Virus record (IMG/VR): IMGVR_UViG_2576861683_000003
Span: 33,400-97,399 of that record
DNA length: 64,000 nucleotides
DNA from: a virus
Lineage: Duplodnaviria > Caudoviricetes
Strand: one strand, 5' to 3'
The position numbers and the translations under genes are program-made. Shown here in pieces: positions 1 to 10,483 of the stretch (the first letter of the stretch is position 1; each line of letters begins with the position of its first letter). The notes below the pieces were generated by a model. It searched no databases, had not been told where the DNA came from, and was given only the letters and a program-made list of their open reading frames with translations.

Positions 1-315
1 ATTTAATTTCACTGCAATCGCGCTGTCAGAAGCTTCAACATCCTGCCATACCATCCCTGCTGGCATGCCTTCTGTCTCCACAACTTCATTATTTTTGACC
101 AACGCTACTGTGCCTGCTTTTAGCGTGACCCCTACTTTTTTGTTAAGTAAAAAGACACCTTCCGTGATCCCATCCCCCACACTTTTTATTGCAATATCGG
201 TCAATGCAACCGTGGCAACTTTCCCCACAAAAACTAGCTGACCACTTTTGATCATATGTTGAGTGGTGTTATGTATGGTGATGGTGTTTCCTGCTTGTAC
301 ATAATTTTTAGCCAT
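1..315 (-). CDS. DUF2190-like capsid accessory protein (3' end outside window)
   Basis: Hand translation MAKNYVQAGNTITIHNT...GVFLLNK; AAGGAG RBS; follows ClpP-capsid gene. Confidence 0.75.
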   Translation of the reverse strand, partial: MAKNYVQAGNTITIHNTTQHMIKSGQLVFVGKVATVALTDIAIKSVGDGITEGVFLLNKKVGVTLKAGTVALVKNNEVVETEGMPAGMVWQDVEASDSAIAVKLN

Positions 316-403
316 AAAAACTCCTTCCGATGCCGAAGCCCCGGATTTTAGATATAAAAAAAGCCCATCAGGGCATCAGGATAAAACGAAGAAAAAAGAC
401 GTC

Positions 404-2386
404 TTACTTACCCGTCACTTTCAGTAGACCGCGATAATCAACTGGCGCTACACCCGCATCAATACGCACTTTCGTAGTGACACCATCAGAGGTAAAGCCT
501 TCAAGCTGATCAATATACGGTACATCAATCCCATTTAAGTACGCCACTTCAATGGTGTCGCTACCTTGACGTGAGGCCATATACCAATCTTTTTCGCTTG
601 CATCATCTAAACGAGGTTCGGCAATAATTTCCGCTAAATCACGCACTGGGTTAATAATATTGGAATTAACATCCGCGCCTTTCACACTGCCTGATTTAAC
701 CACTTGAATAGCTTGTGTTTCCAGTGTGGTCGGTACCAACATAAACGCAGGACGAATATTGAGTGTACGCTCACCTTCTTTCTGTTGACGCATCGCGGTG
801 CGACCTGCACTGATGGTTTCTACATCCATCCCGCCGGTGATCATGTTTTTATGATCGGCACTAAATAGTGCTTTTTTATCGCTCATTTTTTCATTGTTGA
901 TAAGCACCGCATACACCAAATCACCGACAGTGGCTTTCGCTGCACGACCGAACTTCATTGGCACATCCGTCAGCATATTCATGTCATCATTGATGATGGC
1001 TTGACGGGTAATACTAAATAATTCACCGTAAGTCGCTAGCGCAATGGTTTCGCCTTTATCATCGAGCGTAACGTATTTATACTCGGCACCTTCACGCACT
1101 TGACGTAAGGAAGGGAATGCCCCTAATCCCACACGGTGTGCGGTTTTAAAGTCGCTGAGTTGCCCTTTTTTCGTCCATTTTTCAAAGGTTTCTTCGTTTT
1201 CTTCCCAACCCAGTAAAATCGCTTTGTTTGCGACATCCAGCAGGATATTACCGAAGTCAGACGTGCTGTGCGTAAATGCCATTCCAATCATTTGCATCGG
1301 ATTATACGTAGCCACACCGATGCCACGCTCCGTCAGTGATGCGCGTGCTAACTCACGCAGTGTCATGCTATTAAAGGCGTTATCTTTTTCATAATCTTGA
1401 TAACCCGCACGCGCCATCACAGAGGCACGCACACTGTCACCCACGATATTGCCGTTTCCAGCGTAAATATGCGCATTACCTTTATTTGATGGTTCAGGAT
1501 TTTGTTGTTGTGCAACCGTGTTAAGTAATTGCTCACGCGCTTTCTCAACAGAACAACTCGCATCCGATAAACAAGTGATCATCAAATCATTGTGACGACC
1601 ACCGAACATGGCAAATAAATCTTTAATCCCATTTAAGCGCGCCTGATCATTTGCATTCGGTTGTTGTTCTGGTGTCGGTACCGGAGTTGGATGAGGCTGT
1701 GTAGGGCTAGTGGTATTTTTCGGGGTAATTTGATTTTTAATTGCACTTGGCATAGATGAAAATTCCTCAATTCGTTTAGATGTAAGACTTGCCATTGCTT
1801 TTACTGGCTCAATCACTTTATCGGCGAAACCGTGTTCAACACACTCGTCACCATCAAGCCATGTTTCCTGCTCTAACATGGCGGTAATTTCTTCGGTTGT
1901 TTTCCCTGTTTTCGCCACATAAGCAGGGATTAATACGTTTTCTAACTTGTCGAGCAAATCAGCATATTCACGCATATCATTCGCATCCCCCCATGAAACG
2001 CCCCACGGTTTGTGGATCATCATCATGGCATTTTTCGGCATAATGACCGTATCACCCACCATCGCAATGACTGATGCCATTGAAGCCGCTAATCCATCGA
2101 TATAAACCGTGATTGTTGCGGAATGGTTTTTAAGTTGGTTATAAATGGCGATACCATCAAATACTTCACCACCGGGAGAGTGAATATGCAGATTGATATG
2201 ACTGAGATTACCCAGCGAGAGTAAATCCTCCGTAAAGCGTCTTGCGCTAATTCCCCACCCACCAATTTCATCATAAATATAGATATCTGCAGTTTGGTCT
2301 TCTTTAGCTTGCATGCGAAACCAGTTTTTTTCAGTTACTGGCTCCGACATTTTAGGCATCGTTATCAGGTTCTTGTTGTTTAGCAT
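404..2386 (-). CDS. ClpP-like prohead protease / major capsid fusion
   Basis: HIHSPGGEVFDG, GLAASMAS, MMIHKPW ClpP motifs; P/T-rich linker; capsid C-terminus (RIDAGVAPVDYRGL); start approximate. Confidence 0.9.
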   Translation of the reverse strand: MLNNKNLITMPKMSEPVTEKNWFRMQAKEDQTADIYIYDEIGGWGISARRFTEDLLSLGNLSHINLHIHSPGGEVFDGIAIYNQLKNHSATITVYIDGLAASMASVIAMVGDTVIMPKNAMMMIHKPWGVSWGDANDMREYADLLDKLENVLIPAYVAKTGKTTEEITAMLEQETWLDGDECVEHGFADKVIEPVKAMASLTSKRIEEFSSMPSAIKNQITPKNTTSPTQPHPTPVPTPEQQPNANDQARLNGIKDLFAMFGGRHNDLMITCLSDASCSVEKAREQLLNTVAQQQNPEPSNKGNAHIYAGNGNIVGDSVRASVMARAGYQDYEKDNAFNSMTLRELARASLTERGIGVATYNPMQMIGMAFTHSTSDFGNILLDVANKAILLGWEENEETFEKWTKKGQLSDFKTAHRVGLGAFPSLRQVREGAEYKYVTLDDKGETIALATYGELFSITRQAIINDDMNMLTDVPMKFGRAAKATVGDLVYAVLINNEKMSDKKALFSADHKNMITGGMDVETISAGRTAMRQQKEGERTLNIRPAFMLVPTTLETQAIQVVKSGSVKGADVNSNIINPVRDLAEIIAEPRLDDASEKDWYMASRQGSDTIEVAYLNGIDVPYIDQLEGFTSDGVTTKVRIDAGVAPVDYRGLLKVTGK

Positions 2387-3842
2387 TTTGTGCCCCTTTG
2401 TCATTAGCAGGATCAGTATCAAATACCAGTCCTAATCGTTTATTTTCGTCAATTTCGGTTTTACGACGACGTTTCACATCCGCAGGGTTTCCCCCTTTGG
2501 CGCGTATCCAGTCACTTTCTGTTGACGCACCACCACGTAACAAAGTTTTCCATGCCTCAGATTCTTTTTTCGGATCAATCCACGGCATCACAGGTCCACT
2601 GTAAACCGCATTAAACAGGGATTTAGGGTCAACATCTGGTGGCACGGCGACCACACCACTGGCTATCGCCATTTTTAACCAATTGCGATACATCGGACGG
2701 CTAATGCCCGCCACAAAGGTGTCTTGAAAAATGTTATAGCCTTCAAATGACTCCACCAGCTCTTGTCGTTGAGCGCTATATGTGCCGTTATAGTCACGGG
2801 CGATACTGGAATAACTACCCCGACTGCCCGCAGAAACCGCACGTAATTGCCCATTGCGAAAGGTTTGTAGATTAGGGTTGGGGCGGTCTGATTTGATCAT
2901 GCCCACTTCTTCACCCGGCTTTAAACCGTCGTAAATCATGCCCGGCTGAATATCAATATTACGTTGCTCATCTTCGTCGTATTCACCTTCAGGGAAAGAG
3001 CCGGCATCCCCTTTTTTGATGTACATCCCCAATGAAGCTGCAATACGTGCGGAGGTCAATTCCGCATCTTCGTAATCTTTTAACGCACTTAAGCGCATTA
3101 AGATCCCCGAAAACAAACTGACACCCCGCGCTTGATGAAGCCGACGAGTGAACTTCAAGTGCAACATATTTTCAGCATCGATGGTTTTGATATCCCCCAA
3201 ATTGGCACTGAATTGGGGGAGGTTTTTATATACCTGATACCCTGTGGGTCGCCCCCACTCATTGAACTTAATGCCTTGGATAATCTTACTTTCTGGCATA
3301 TTCATGTGAATAGGCACAAAGTCAGGCTCTAAGGCTTCGAGCCAAAAATAGATATTGGCTTGAGGATCTAACCCCTTGGCTTTACCTTTGACGAGCTGAG
3401 CAAAGACTTCACCATCACGTAGCCACGTTCTCACCAATAAACGTTCTAATACAGGGCGACTAAATTGCCCTGTCACTTCGGGTAACACGGACCATTCCGC
3501 CCAGGCTTGACGAATTTGCGACGCTAAATCCTCATAGATTTGCCCTGCGCCATCTAAGGGCTGAGGCTCAACAATAATGCCCTTTGCCCCGACAATGCGT
3601 TCTTCCATCTTGTCGAGAATGCCGATAGAGATATCATGATTGTTATCTAGCCATCGCGCTTGCTCCCGTAATGATGTGCCACCAAATTGAGTCAGTTGGT
3701 TACCATTACGATTTTCACGTTTAGCGGGATGAGTACGAGTGGGTAAAACGGCTTCATAGGCTTTAATTTGTAAGCGAGAGCGGAGGCGCGAAGCTTGCCA
3801 GTTTGGGGCGAAATAACCAATGGCACTGTCTAATAATGTCAT
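2352..3842 (-). CDS. Portal protein, lambda family
   Basis: LREQARWLDNN, QARGVSLF, WIDPKKE motifs; position between gpW-like gene and protease. Confidence 0.9.
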   Translation of the reverse strand: MTLLDSAIGYFAPNWQASRLRSRLQIKAYEAVLPTRTHPAKRENRNGNQLTQFGGTSLREQARWLDNNHDISIGILDKMEERIVGAKGIIVEPQPLDGAGQIYEDLASQIRQAWAEWSVLPEVTGQFSRPVLERLLVRTWLRDGEVFAQLVKGKAKGLDPQANIYFWLEALEPDFVPIHMNMPESKIIQGIKFNEWGRPTGYQVYKNLPQFSANLGDIKTIDAENMLHLKFTRRLHQARGVSLFSGILMRLSALKDYEDAELTSARIAASLGMYIKKGDAGSFPEGEYDEDEQRNIDIQPGMIYDGLKPGEEVGMIKSDRPNPNLQTFRNGQLRAVSAGSRGSYSSIARDYNGTYSAQRQELVESFEGYNIFQDTFVAGISRPMYRNWLKMAIASGVVAVPPDVDPKSLFNAVYSGPVMPWIDPKKESEAWKTLLRGGASTESDWIRAKGGNPADVKRRRKTEIDENKRLGLVFDTDPANDKGAQNAKQQEPDNDA

Positions 3843-4054
3843 CTAAACCTCGCTAATTTATACATTGGATTACCTCGTTTTCGTGATATCAACGCCGATA
3901 AACGAGATTCCCAACGCTCACGACCTTTGATGATCTCGTTAAGATTTTCCATTGTCATGGCTTGCCCATTAAAGGTGATGGATTTGCCTTTTAATACCGC
4001 CTCTTCCGCTAAACGGTATTGCTCAATCATGTGTTCAATTTCTTCTTTCGTCAT
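3839..4054 (-). CDS. Head-tail joining protein (gpW-like)
   Basis: 71 aa from ATG 4054, GKSITFNGQAMTMENL; ATGA overlaps on both sides. Confidence 0.75.
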   Translation of the reverse strand: MTKEEIEHMIEQYRLAEEAVLKGKSITFNGQAMTMENLNEIIKGRERWESRLSALISRKRGNPMYKLARFR

Positions 4055-6153
4055 ATCCAGCCTCCGCTGTTTGATACCGGTGCCCATGCTGATACGGCAG
4101 GCGTTTCCTGTTTTTGGGTTTCGGGTGAGGGTTTTATTTCAGGCTCTGTGGCGATATCGGCAATTGGCGGGGATGAGGAAAGCATTACATCAGGCAATCT
4201 CGCCCATTTAGGCGGTTTTTCCCAATTAATATTCTCGTACCCTTTTAATATCACCAAGGCATGGGCGTAAACCATCAGGTCAAATGCCTCATTAGCACCT
4301 CGACCCGGCTTTTCCCAATGCCCTTTTTCATCACGCTCTTCATACGTCAACTCGTCATAGAACGATTCATCCAGCCAATCAGGGAAATGAATATAATTAG
4401 GTCCGACGGTATCGCGCGATAACGCAGAACTGATCCGGTCTTTGAGTTGATCCGTTTGTAGTAAATAAAGAGGCACATCCCCTTTCGCTTGGGCGCGCCG
4501 TTCTGAACGACTGGTGTTATCAGGGAATGATTTAGTAATTAACTTACTGCGTTTATGCCCGTCGCCCTTAAAGAGATAGACTTTACGGTGTAATCCCTCT
4601 TTTCGACAGCGACGCCAAAATTTATAAGCATTATCAGTGACACCCTCTTCACCACCAGAGTCCACGCCCAACATCATGATTTCCATTTCATGGTGAGGGT
4701 AATGTTGCAATGGATAGGTTTTCTCTAATACATCCGTGATTAATACTTGCCAATCCTCAGGATAAGAGCCCGGATCAATTCGACGGCATTCACCGTTGTT
4801 GTCATAACGTAGGGATTGGGTTATTTCAAAGCGGTCAATCACCCAGCGTTCGCCTTTTTCACCGTAACCGACCACCTGAACCACAAAGCGTCGTTTTTTA
4901 CCGCCCTGTACGTCAACTGTGGCAACCAAGAATCGCACGCCATCTGGCACAACTGACTCTTCCCAGTTTTCTACACGATTTATAAGTTCATCACTCCGGC
5001 GCTGTTCTTGTGCTGTGCGCGGTAAATAAGGTAAACCCCAGTCTGTATTCGTGACCGCTTTTAAGGTTTCTTCACTGCCGGTTAATTCGTATTCTTGTTC
5101 TGCAGTCAGTAATTTATAAACTAACTGAGACAACGTTTGATAAGCAGCAGCAGGTCCTTCCATCCAAAAAGAGGCAATACGCGAACGACGCCCTGTGCCT
5201 GAGATCTTCCCTTGCTTATCAATGGACTGCCCTTCAATCAACCACACCCCTTTATTATTGAGATCCCGTTTTTGATGGGGCTCGATACGACCTAAACAGT
5301 GCTGACATTCCACATACGCCGATTCGCTGGCTTCTACGGGATCAGGATTGTCACGATACCCCTTTACTGCATCATAAATAGGCTGAAAATATTCGTGGCA
5401 GTGAGGACATTGCCAGTACCAGCGACGGCGATCCCCCCGATTATAGAGCGATAGAATGCCCGTTGTGGGCGGAGCTTCATGAGGCGATAAGCGACTCCAT
5501 TTAGTATCTGTGATATCACGCCCCGGAGAACTTTCCACCAGCGTCATACCCGCTGACATAAAAGTGGTTGTCCGTTTTGAGGCTAAAGAAAAGCCATCTC
5601 CTTCACCGTCGATGTCTTCTGGAAAACGGTCATAATCGGTGAGTGCCACACACTTAAAATCAGATGAGGACATCACATTAATCGATGGCCACCCCATTTT
5701 TAAAAAACTGCCCGATAAAAAGTATTTATCAAACACGTTATTATCGTTACGACGAGGGCTGAGTTGTTTGCTGACTTCAGGACTGCAACGAAAGGTGCGA
5801 GAAAGCCGTTTTTTACTGTGCTCTTGTGCTTTGTCTTGCGTCATTTGCACCAGCAACATATCAGAAGGGTCGCACACAATATTGTAAATCACCCACCCAT
5901 CAATTAACCCGACCGTCTTTCCTGTTCTCGCAGGTCCGACAAATATCACTGCATCATAGAGCCGTGACGATAAACAATTCATAGGTTCAACAATGTAAGG
6001 GGATACTGCTGGGTCCCAAGGAACAGAGTTACCCGCTCCCACAGGCACGCGCATATATTTTGCCACAGCATCCGCAACCGGCATTCGCCTCGGTGCTTTA
6101 ATGAGTTGAACTACATTTTTACGTAATAAAGAGGCAGATATTGGTTTAACCAT
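4051..6153 (-). CDS. Terminase large subunit, gpA family
   Basis: Walker A GPARTGKT, ESSP, two CxxC pairs, VDVQ, NEAFDLMVYA. Confidence 0.92.
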   Translation of the reverse strand: MVKPISASLLRKNVVQLIKAPRRMPVADAVAKYMRVPVGAGNSVPWDPAVSPYIVEPMNCLSSRLYDAVIFVGPARTGKTVGLIDGWVIYNIVCDPSDMLLVQMTQDKAQEHSKKRLSRTFRCSPEVSKQLSPRRNDNNVFDKYFLSGSFLKMGWPSINVMSSSDFKCVALTDYDRFPEDIDGEGDGFSLASKRTTTFMSAGMTLVESSPGRDITDTKWSRLSPHEAPPTTGILSLYNRGDRRRWYWQCPHCHEYFQPIYDAVKGYRDNPDPVEASESAYVECQHCLGRIEPHQKRDLNNKGVWLIEGQSIDKQGKISGTGRRSRIASFWMEGPAAAYQTLSQLVYKLLTAEQEYELTGSEETLKAVTNTDWGLPYLPRTAQEQRRSDELINRVENWEESVVPDGVRFLVATVDVQGGKKRRFVVQVVGYGEKGERWVIDRFEITQSLRYDNNGECRRIDPGSYPEDWQVLITDVLEKTYPLQHYPHHEMEIMMLGVDSGGEEGVTDNAYKFWRRCRKEGLHRKVYLFKGDGHKRSKLITKSFPDNTSRSERRAQAKGDVPLYLLQTDQLKDRISSALSRDTVGPNYIHFPDWLDESFYDELTYEERDEKGHWEKPGRGANEAFDLMVYAHALVILKGYENINWEKPPKWARLPDVMLSSSPPIADIATEPEIKPSPETQKQETPAVSAWAPVSNSGGWI

Positions 6154-6165
6154 TTTCCCCTCCTT

Positions 6166-6645
6166 TTAATCCTCCTTAAGCTCATCGTCTGCTAGCACTT
6201 TTATCGCTATTTGATCACGTAGATCATCAATCACCGCTTGTATTTGAAAAACCGCCGACGGTGTTAATGCACAATCGCGCTCTAATATATCCGGTAGTGT
6301 TTCCAACACCTGTATCATTGCTTTCGCTAAAGCAGCATATTCACGAGCAACATCGGATGCAGGTAATAACTCACCTATTTCTTGCTCGAATTTCAATCGT
6401 TCTCGTTCTGATTGATACCACGCTTTGCGATCTTGAGGTTGCATTTCTTGGCTATTAATCGATGCAGGAGCTTTCATTGTTTCGGCTAAAATATCGCTAA
6501 GTGCATAAAGTTTGAGGTTTGAGTTATTGGTATTAACAGGTGTGATATTTTTAAGGCGTGATGAAACGGTCTGTCGATGTATCCCTGATAATGTCGCTAT
6601 CTGGCTAATATTAAGTGTTAGCTGTTTAAGTTTTTGATCCATCAT
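6166..6645 (-). CDS. Terminase small subunit (Nu1/DUF1441-like)
   Basis: N-terminal wHTH (LNISQIATLSGIHRQTV), DRKAWYQSERERLK; directly upstream of gpA. Confidence 0.85.
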   Translation of the reverse strand: MMDQKLKQLTLNISQIATLSGIHRQTVSSRLKNITPVNTNNSNLKLYALSDILAETMKAPASINSQEMQPQDRKAWYQSERERLKFEQEIGELLPASDVAREYAALAKAMIQVLETLPDILERDCALTPSAVFQIQAVIDDLRDQIAIKVLADDELKED

Positions 6646-6663
6646 TGTGTGTAAATAGAGAAT

Positions 6664-6690
6664 AAAAAACCCGCGTTAAACGGGTGTTCA
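6664..6690 (-). terminator. Intrinsic terminator after the 166-aa moron
   Basis: Minus strand CACCCGTTTAACGCGGGTTTTTT hairpin + U tract. Confidence 0.6.
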
Positions 6691-6705
6691 CAGTGGTATT
6701 TAACT

Positions 6706-7206
6706 TTATTGTGTTAGGGAATCAATATAGTCAAAAAGAAATTGAGCATCTGTTTCGTTTAATTTATTAAAATATTCGGCTTTTCTTTTGTCAAAATCTT
6801 CACCTTTATGAGGCCATTTATTACACCAATAATCTATATTTGTATTTTTCTTGAACCACTGTTTTTGATATTCATGTTCATTGACCAGTTTATAAAGTTC
6901 TTTTTTTGTCTGACCTCTAGTTCTTGTTGCAGAAATTATAAAATTACAGTTTTCTTCAATTAACTCTTCCACTGCTTTTCTTATAATTTTTTCGTTATCA
7001 CCACCTGTAGATATCCCTATTTTTAAACCCTCTTTCTCAAAAATAGCTATTTCATCATTTTTAGCTAAAGGGTTTTCTTTTGGTTCTAAACGAACAGTAT
7101 AGCTTTTATCTGATTTTAATTTTCTAATCAATTGAATTAGTGTTTGTGTTTTACCACGCTTACTTGCACCAAAAACACGTAACATTAATTTATTTTCAAG
7201 TTTCAT
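6706..7206 (-). CDS. Hypothetical small P-loop NTPase-like protein (moron)
   Basis: Walker A GASKRGKT after a hydrophobic strand; AT-rich; own terminator. Confidence 0.6.
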   Translation of the reverse strand: MKLENKLMLRVFGASKRGKTQTLIQLIRKLKSDKSYTVRLEPKENPLAKNDEIAIFEKEGLKIGISTGGDNEKIIRKAVEELIEENCNFIISATRTRGQTKKELYKLVNEHEYQKQWFKKNTNIDYWCNKWPHKGEDFDKRKAEYFNKLNETDAQFLFDYIDSLTQ

Positions 7207-7329
7207 TATGAGAATTCCATTTGTAAGTAATGAATTATGATATACGTGCAGAATATAATTAATACAAGTTACTACATCACATTCTTATGGATATTAAGGA
7301 AATTTTCCTGTGGAAAATCATGTGCTATC

Positions 7330-7497
7330 AATCTGATGATGAACAAAAAACGTTCATAACCATCAGCGTTTATTATTTATATATTTAAAAATCAATAAGT
7401 TAATTAAGTAGTGATGATGTTGGAATAAAATACAAAAATTTGGCGTTTTCCGCGAAGCCCCCGCCCCGCGGGAAGGGAGACTATTGGAAGTACCTTT
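7330..7497 (-). promoter_or_regulatory. Probable cos region of prophage 1
   Basis: GC-rich CCGCGAAGCCCCCGCCCCGCGG, repeated TGATGATG, IHF consensus AATCAATAAGTTA at 7390-7402; upstream of terminase genes. Confidence 0.55.
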
Positions 7498-7887
7498 TTA
7501 ACTGTTCTTCAATCTAATAAGGTTTGCTTCTAAAAGGCTAATAACTACATCGGCTTGCCCATTATGATTTTTAGGTAAATCATTATTGCTTTTTTGATAT
7601 AGTCGAAAACACTCGGTGGCTGTTATGTTTGGGTTCTCTATTGCTAATGCTAAAAGTTCTTTCGCATGGCGTTTATTATCAGCACCCGCGTTATAATCAT
7701 TTGATGGGATGTTCTTCACTAAACCAAGCTCACATAAACCCAAAAAGGCACCTTTAGGGCATCCTTTATTAATTGATGATTTACTAGTTGTTTCTTTTGA
7801 TATCGCATTAGTCCATTGTTCACGTAAATTTACTTTATCATCATAATTCAATGCAGTCTGTACTGCTGCTTTACCATAAGTTCCCAT
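7498..7887 (-). CDS. DUF6979-like hypothetical protein
   Basis: YGKAAV...KGCPKGAFLGLCELGLVK...HNGQADVV; family from recall; GAGG RBS. Confidence 0.55.
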   Translation of the reverse strand: MGTYGKAAVQTALNYDDKVNLREQWTNAISKETTSKSSINKGCPKGAFLGLCELGLVKNIPSNDYNAGADNKRHAKELLALAIENPNITATECFRLYQKSNNDLPKNHNGQADVVISLLEANLIRLKNS

Positions 7888-8221
7888 ATATAACCTCATG
7901 CCTGATTATTTATAAATAATACTAACACTTATTTAATTTTAGTTATATTTTGTGAGGTTGTTCGTTTTTAATACCTGTAAAATAGGAAAGTGCTAGAAAG
8001 GTTCCTTAAAATATTTATACCATATATTATCCATAACATTAATTATGTAACTAATAACAGTAATCATATGTATAACCATACAATTAGTCAAAAACTTTAC
8101 TTAACCAACTAAATGAGTATCCTAAGAACACTCGCTTAGTTGGTGATCTAATTTTTAATAAATAAAGAAAATGGTAATAAACTACTACAGATTTAATTTA
8201 ATCAATTAATTTATCAGACAG

Positions 8222-8779
8222 TTAAAGATGTTCTGGTGGTTCAAAACCATTCAAAATAGAAACAGCATAAACATTCGCTTTGTCACGACTAACTGGGGTG
8301 TAGCTCTCATCTACTTTTCTGTCAGTAATTCGGCTGAAAACAACATCATCTTTATTATCTATTTGAATAATCCATGTAACAAGGTATTTATCCGTACCTA
8401 ATAATCGATAAATTGTATCATCTATTGATTTTTCTTCTTTACTAAAATGTTCTAATTTACCAAACACAACTGTTCCTGCATTTATTATTACAAAAACAGT
8501 TATAATACCTACTGCCGCAACAATCCAGCCACCTCCAGGTTTGTACATAAATTCAAGTAAAATAAGTCCGATGCTAATTAACCCTAAGATTAAAAATAAA
8601 ATAATGTAGAACCAAAATATTTTGTGCGTTAACCAGCTTGTCTTTATTTTCTTTTTTTTTCTATCATTCATCGCTCTAAACATTGCAAAACATGCAATAA
8701 ATGAAAATATAGCTAACGTAAGAAAATTCATGGAATTTTTTAGTGCTTCAATAAGTTGTTGCTCCATAATACCCACCAA
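8222..8779 (-). CDS. Hypothetical membrane protein (about 3 TM)
   Basis: 185-aa ORF with three hydrophobic stretches; AT-rich. Confidence 0.6.
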   Translation of the reverse strand: MVGIMEQQLIEALKNSMNFLTLAIFSFIACFAMFRAMNDRKKKKIKTSWLTHKIFWFYIILFLILGLISIGLILLEFMYKPGGGWIVAAVGIITVFVIINAGTVVFGKLEHFSKEEKSIDDTIYRLLGTDKYLVTWIIQIDNKDDVVFSRITDRKVDESYTPVSRDKANVYAVSILNGFEPPEHL

Positions 8780-8848
8780 TTATTTAATAAGAGAATATTA
8801 TATTATGGACAAATTTCCACATTATTCCAATTATGAAGTACTATTTTT

Positions 8849-9492
8849 TTATTTAGCTATATTTATAACTTCTTCAAGTAATCGACTTATTTCCTGTGGT
8901 AATAAAACCTTTGCCATTCGCAGTGCTCTATCTTGATAACAAAGTACAGGCTGAACAGGTAATGCATCACCAAAACGAATAAGTAATCTAGGGCTAGTTG
9001 GTTCTACCTATCTCGACAAGTACCACTAAGTAAGCGTTTTAATCGTTTTTTATTTTTACGACCTTTCCTCGCTTTTTTGCGTTGGAATATGCCATAAACA
9101 TCCTTTAACTCACCAATAAATATATTATTTTTAGCTTTCAAGCTATTCAGCTTATTTCTTGATAATTTACCGTTTTTGTTTAATTTTATATTTTTAGGTT
9201 TAAGCAATGATGCGCCATTCAATTTATGGACACCTCTGATCTCAAATGGCATTAAATATCCAATGGCGATATTCATCACAAATACTTTCGCCTTTAAATT
9301 ATTTTTACGAGCCCCTCGGCTTTTAATACTTTTAATCGTAAATAGGAGTAAGCTTTCTAAATTACATTGTAATGCAATCTTTTGTACATTTTCTATTTTA
9401 CGGGTAGCAATCGTAAGAGCGAGTGCTGCTGTAAATAGGATTTGCTTTCGAATAGTGTTAAGTTGATTTGTTAGATCCGTTAAATTAGCCAT
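8849..9492 (-). pseudogene. Frameshifted basic phage late-region gene
   Basis: MANLTDLTNQLNTIRKQ... stops at 9004; a shifted frame continues PRLLIRFGDALPVQPVL...IAK to a stop at 8849. Confidence 0.6.
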
Positions 9493-9713
9493 AATTTCCC
9501 AAAAAACTAGCAACCAATAAAAACTCTATCAACGCCACTCAATGAATGACTTTTATTGAATCAACTAATCATAGCTAACATATTATATGGATATGGCGAC
9601 AATACGACTCCAAATTTTCTAGACAATTTAAATCGAGACTATTATGCTTAATTTGCTATTGATAAATGGCAATTATAACTATTTGGAAATACTCATTTTA
9701 AAAGGAATTAAAT

Positions 9714-9953
9714 ATGATTTATTATTTAGAAATTAGAGATCCTTATGATAAGGATTGTAACCTTGAACATCTAAAGAGTAGTGAGCCTTTTATGTCATTT
9801 AATCTTGGTGACACTATAAATGGGCAATCAATTCCTGTAGAGGGTGATATGGCGTATCCTCATAACCTTGTTATTACAGATATTGAACACTTTATTTTTA
9901 CTATTAAAGATATTATCCATCATAAAGTGATGCTGTATACGAAAGTAAAATAA
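9714..9953 (+). CDS. Hypothetical 79-aa protein (antisense moron)
   Basis: AAAGGA RBS; converges on hairpin GCGCTCCTATTGGGGCGC at ~9994-10011. Confidence 0.55.
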   Translation: MIYYLEIRDPYDKDCNLEHLKSSEPFMSFNLGDTINGQSIPVEGDMAYPHNLVITDIEHFIFTIKDIIHHKVMLYTKVK

Positions 9954-10015
9954 CTCTTTAGTTTAATGTAAAATAACTTTGTTATTTTATCTTGCGCTCC
10001 TATTGGGGCGCTTTC

Positions 10016-10477
10016 TTAGTTCATACACTTTGTATTTACATATTCCTGTAACCCCTTAATCATTCTTTCCGACTCTGCAATTCGTTCTCTAAGTAACCAA
10101 TAATTTCGGATAGCGGTGTCAGTAGGTTTGGTGGGGGTTGCATCATCCATGCTGGTGGAAGAATTTGTGGTGATACGGGAGGAACACTCGGCTCTGATAT
10201 ACACCCGCTTAGGATTGCGCTCAGCCCAAATACGCAACCCATCAATTTCCTTTTTCGCATTAACTAGCTCCTGAGTGTGTTTAATATCGAGTTGATTTAA
10301 TAGAGTTACCCGTTTTTGATAATCGTGATTTATATTCACTAGCTCTTTTAAACGACTGGCTAACTCCCTATTAGCAGCGTTTAATCTATTCAGTTTTTTT
10401 GATTGCTCATTTACCACGATATAACCACCAGCAATAATAACTATCGCTATAGTCGCGATATAAAAATTCCAATTCAT
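10016..10477 (-). CDS. i-spanin (Rz-like)
   Basis: N-terminal TM, coiled coil, RNYWLLRERI...GLQEYV..C; paralog of 45958-46419. Confidence 0.85.
   Translation of the reverse strand: MNWNFYIATIAIVIIAGGYIVVNEQSKKLNRLNAANRELASRLKELVNINHDYQKRVTLLNQLDIKHTQELVNAKKEIDGLRIWAERNPKRVYIRAECSSRITTNSSTSMDDATPTKPTDTAIRNYWLLRERIAESERMIKGLQEYVNTKCMN
10060..10260 (-). CDS. Embedded o-spanin lipoprotein (Rz1-like)
   Basis: Nested in Rz in another frame; lipobox LSGC; Pro-rich PPAWMMQPPP. Confidence 0.8.
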   Translation of the reverse strand: MRKRKLMGCVFGLSAILSGCISEPSVPPVSPQILPPAWMMQPPPNLLTPLSEIIGYLENELQSRKE

Positions 10478-10483
10478 TATTGA

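Noticed and set aside
404-2422. Protease-capsid fusion as a novelty
   Set aside because: ClpP-capsid fusions are already known in lambdoid prophages
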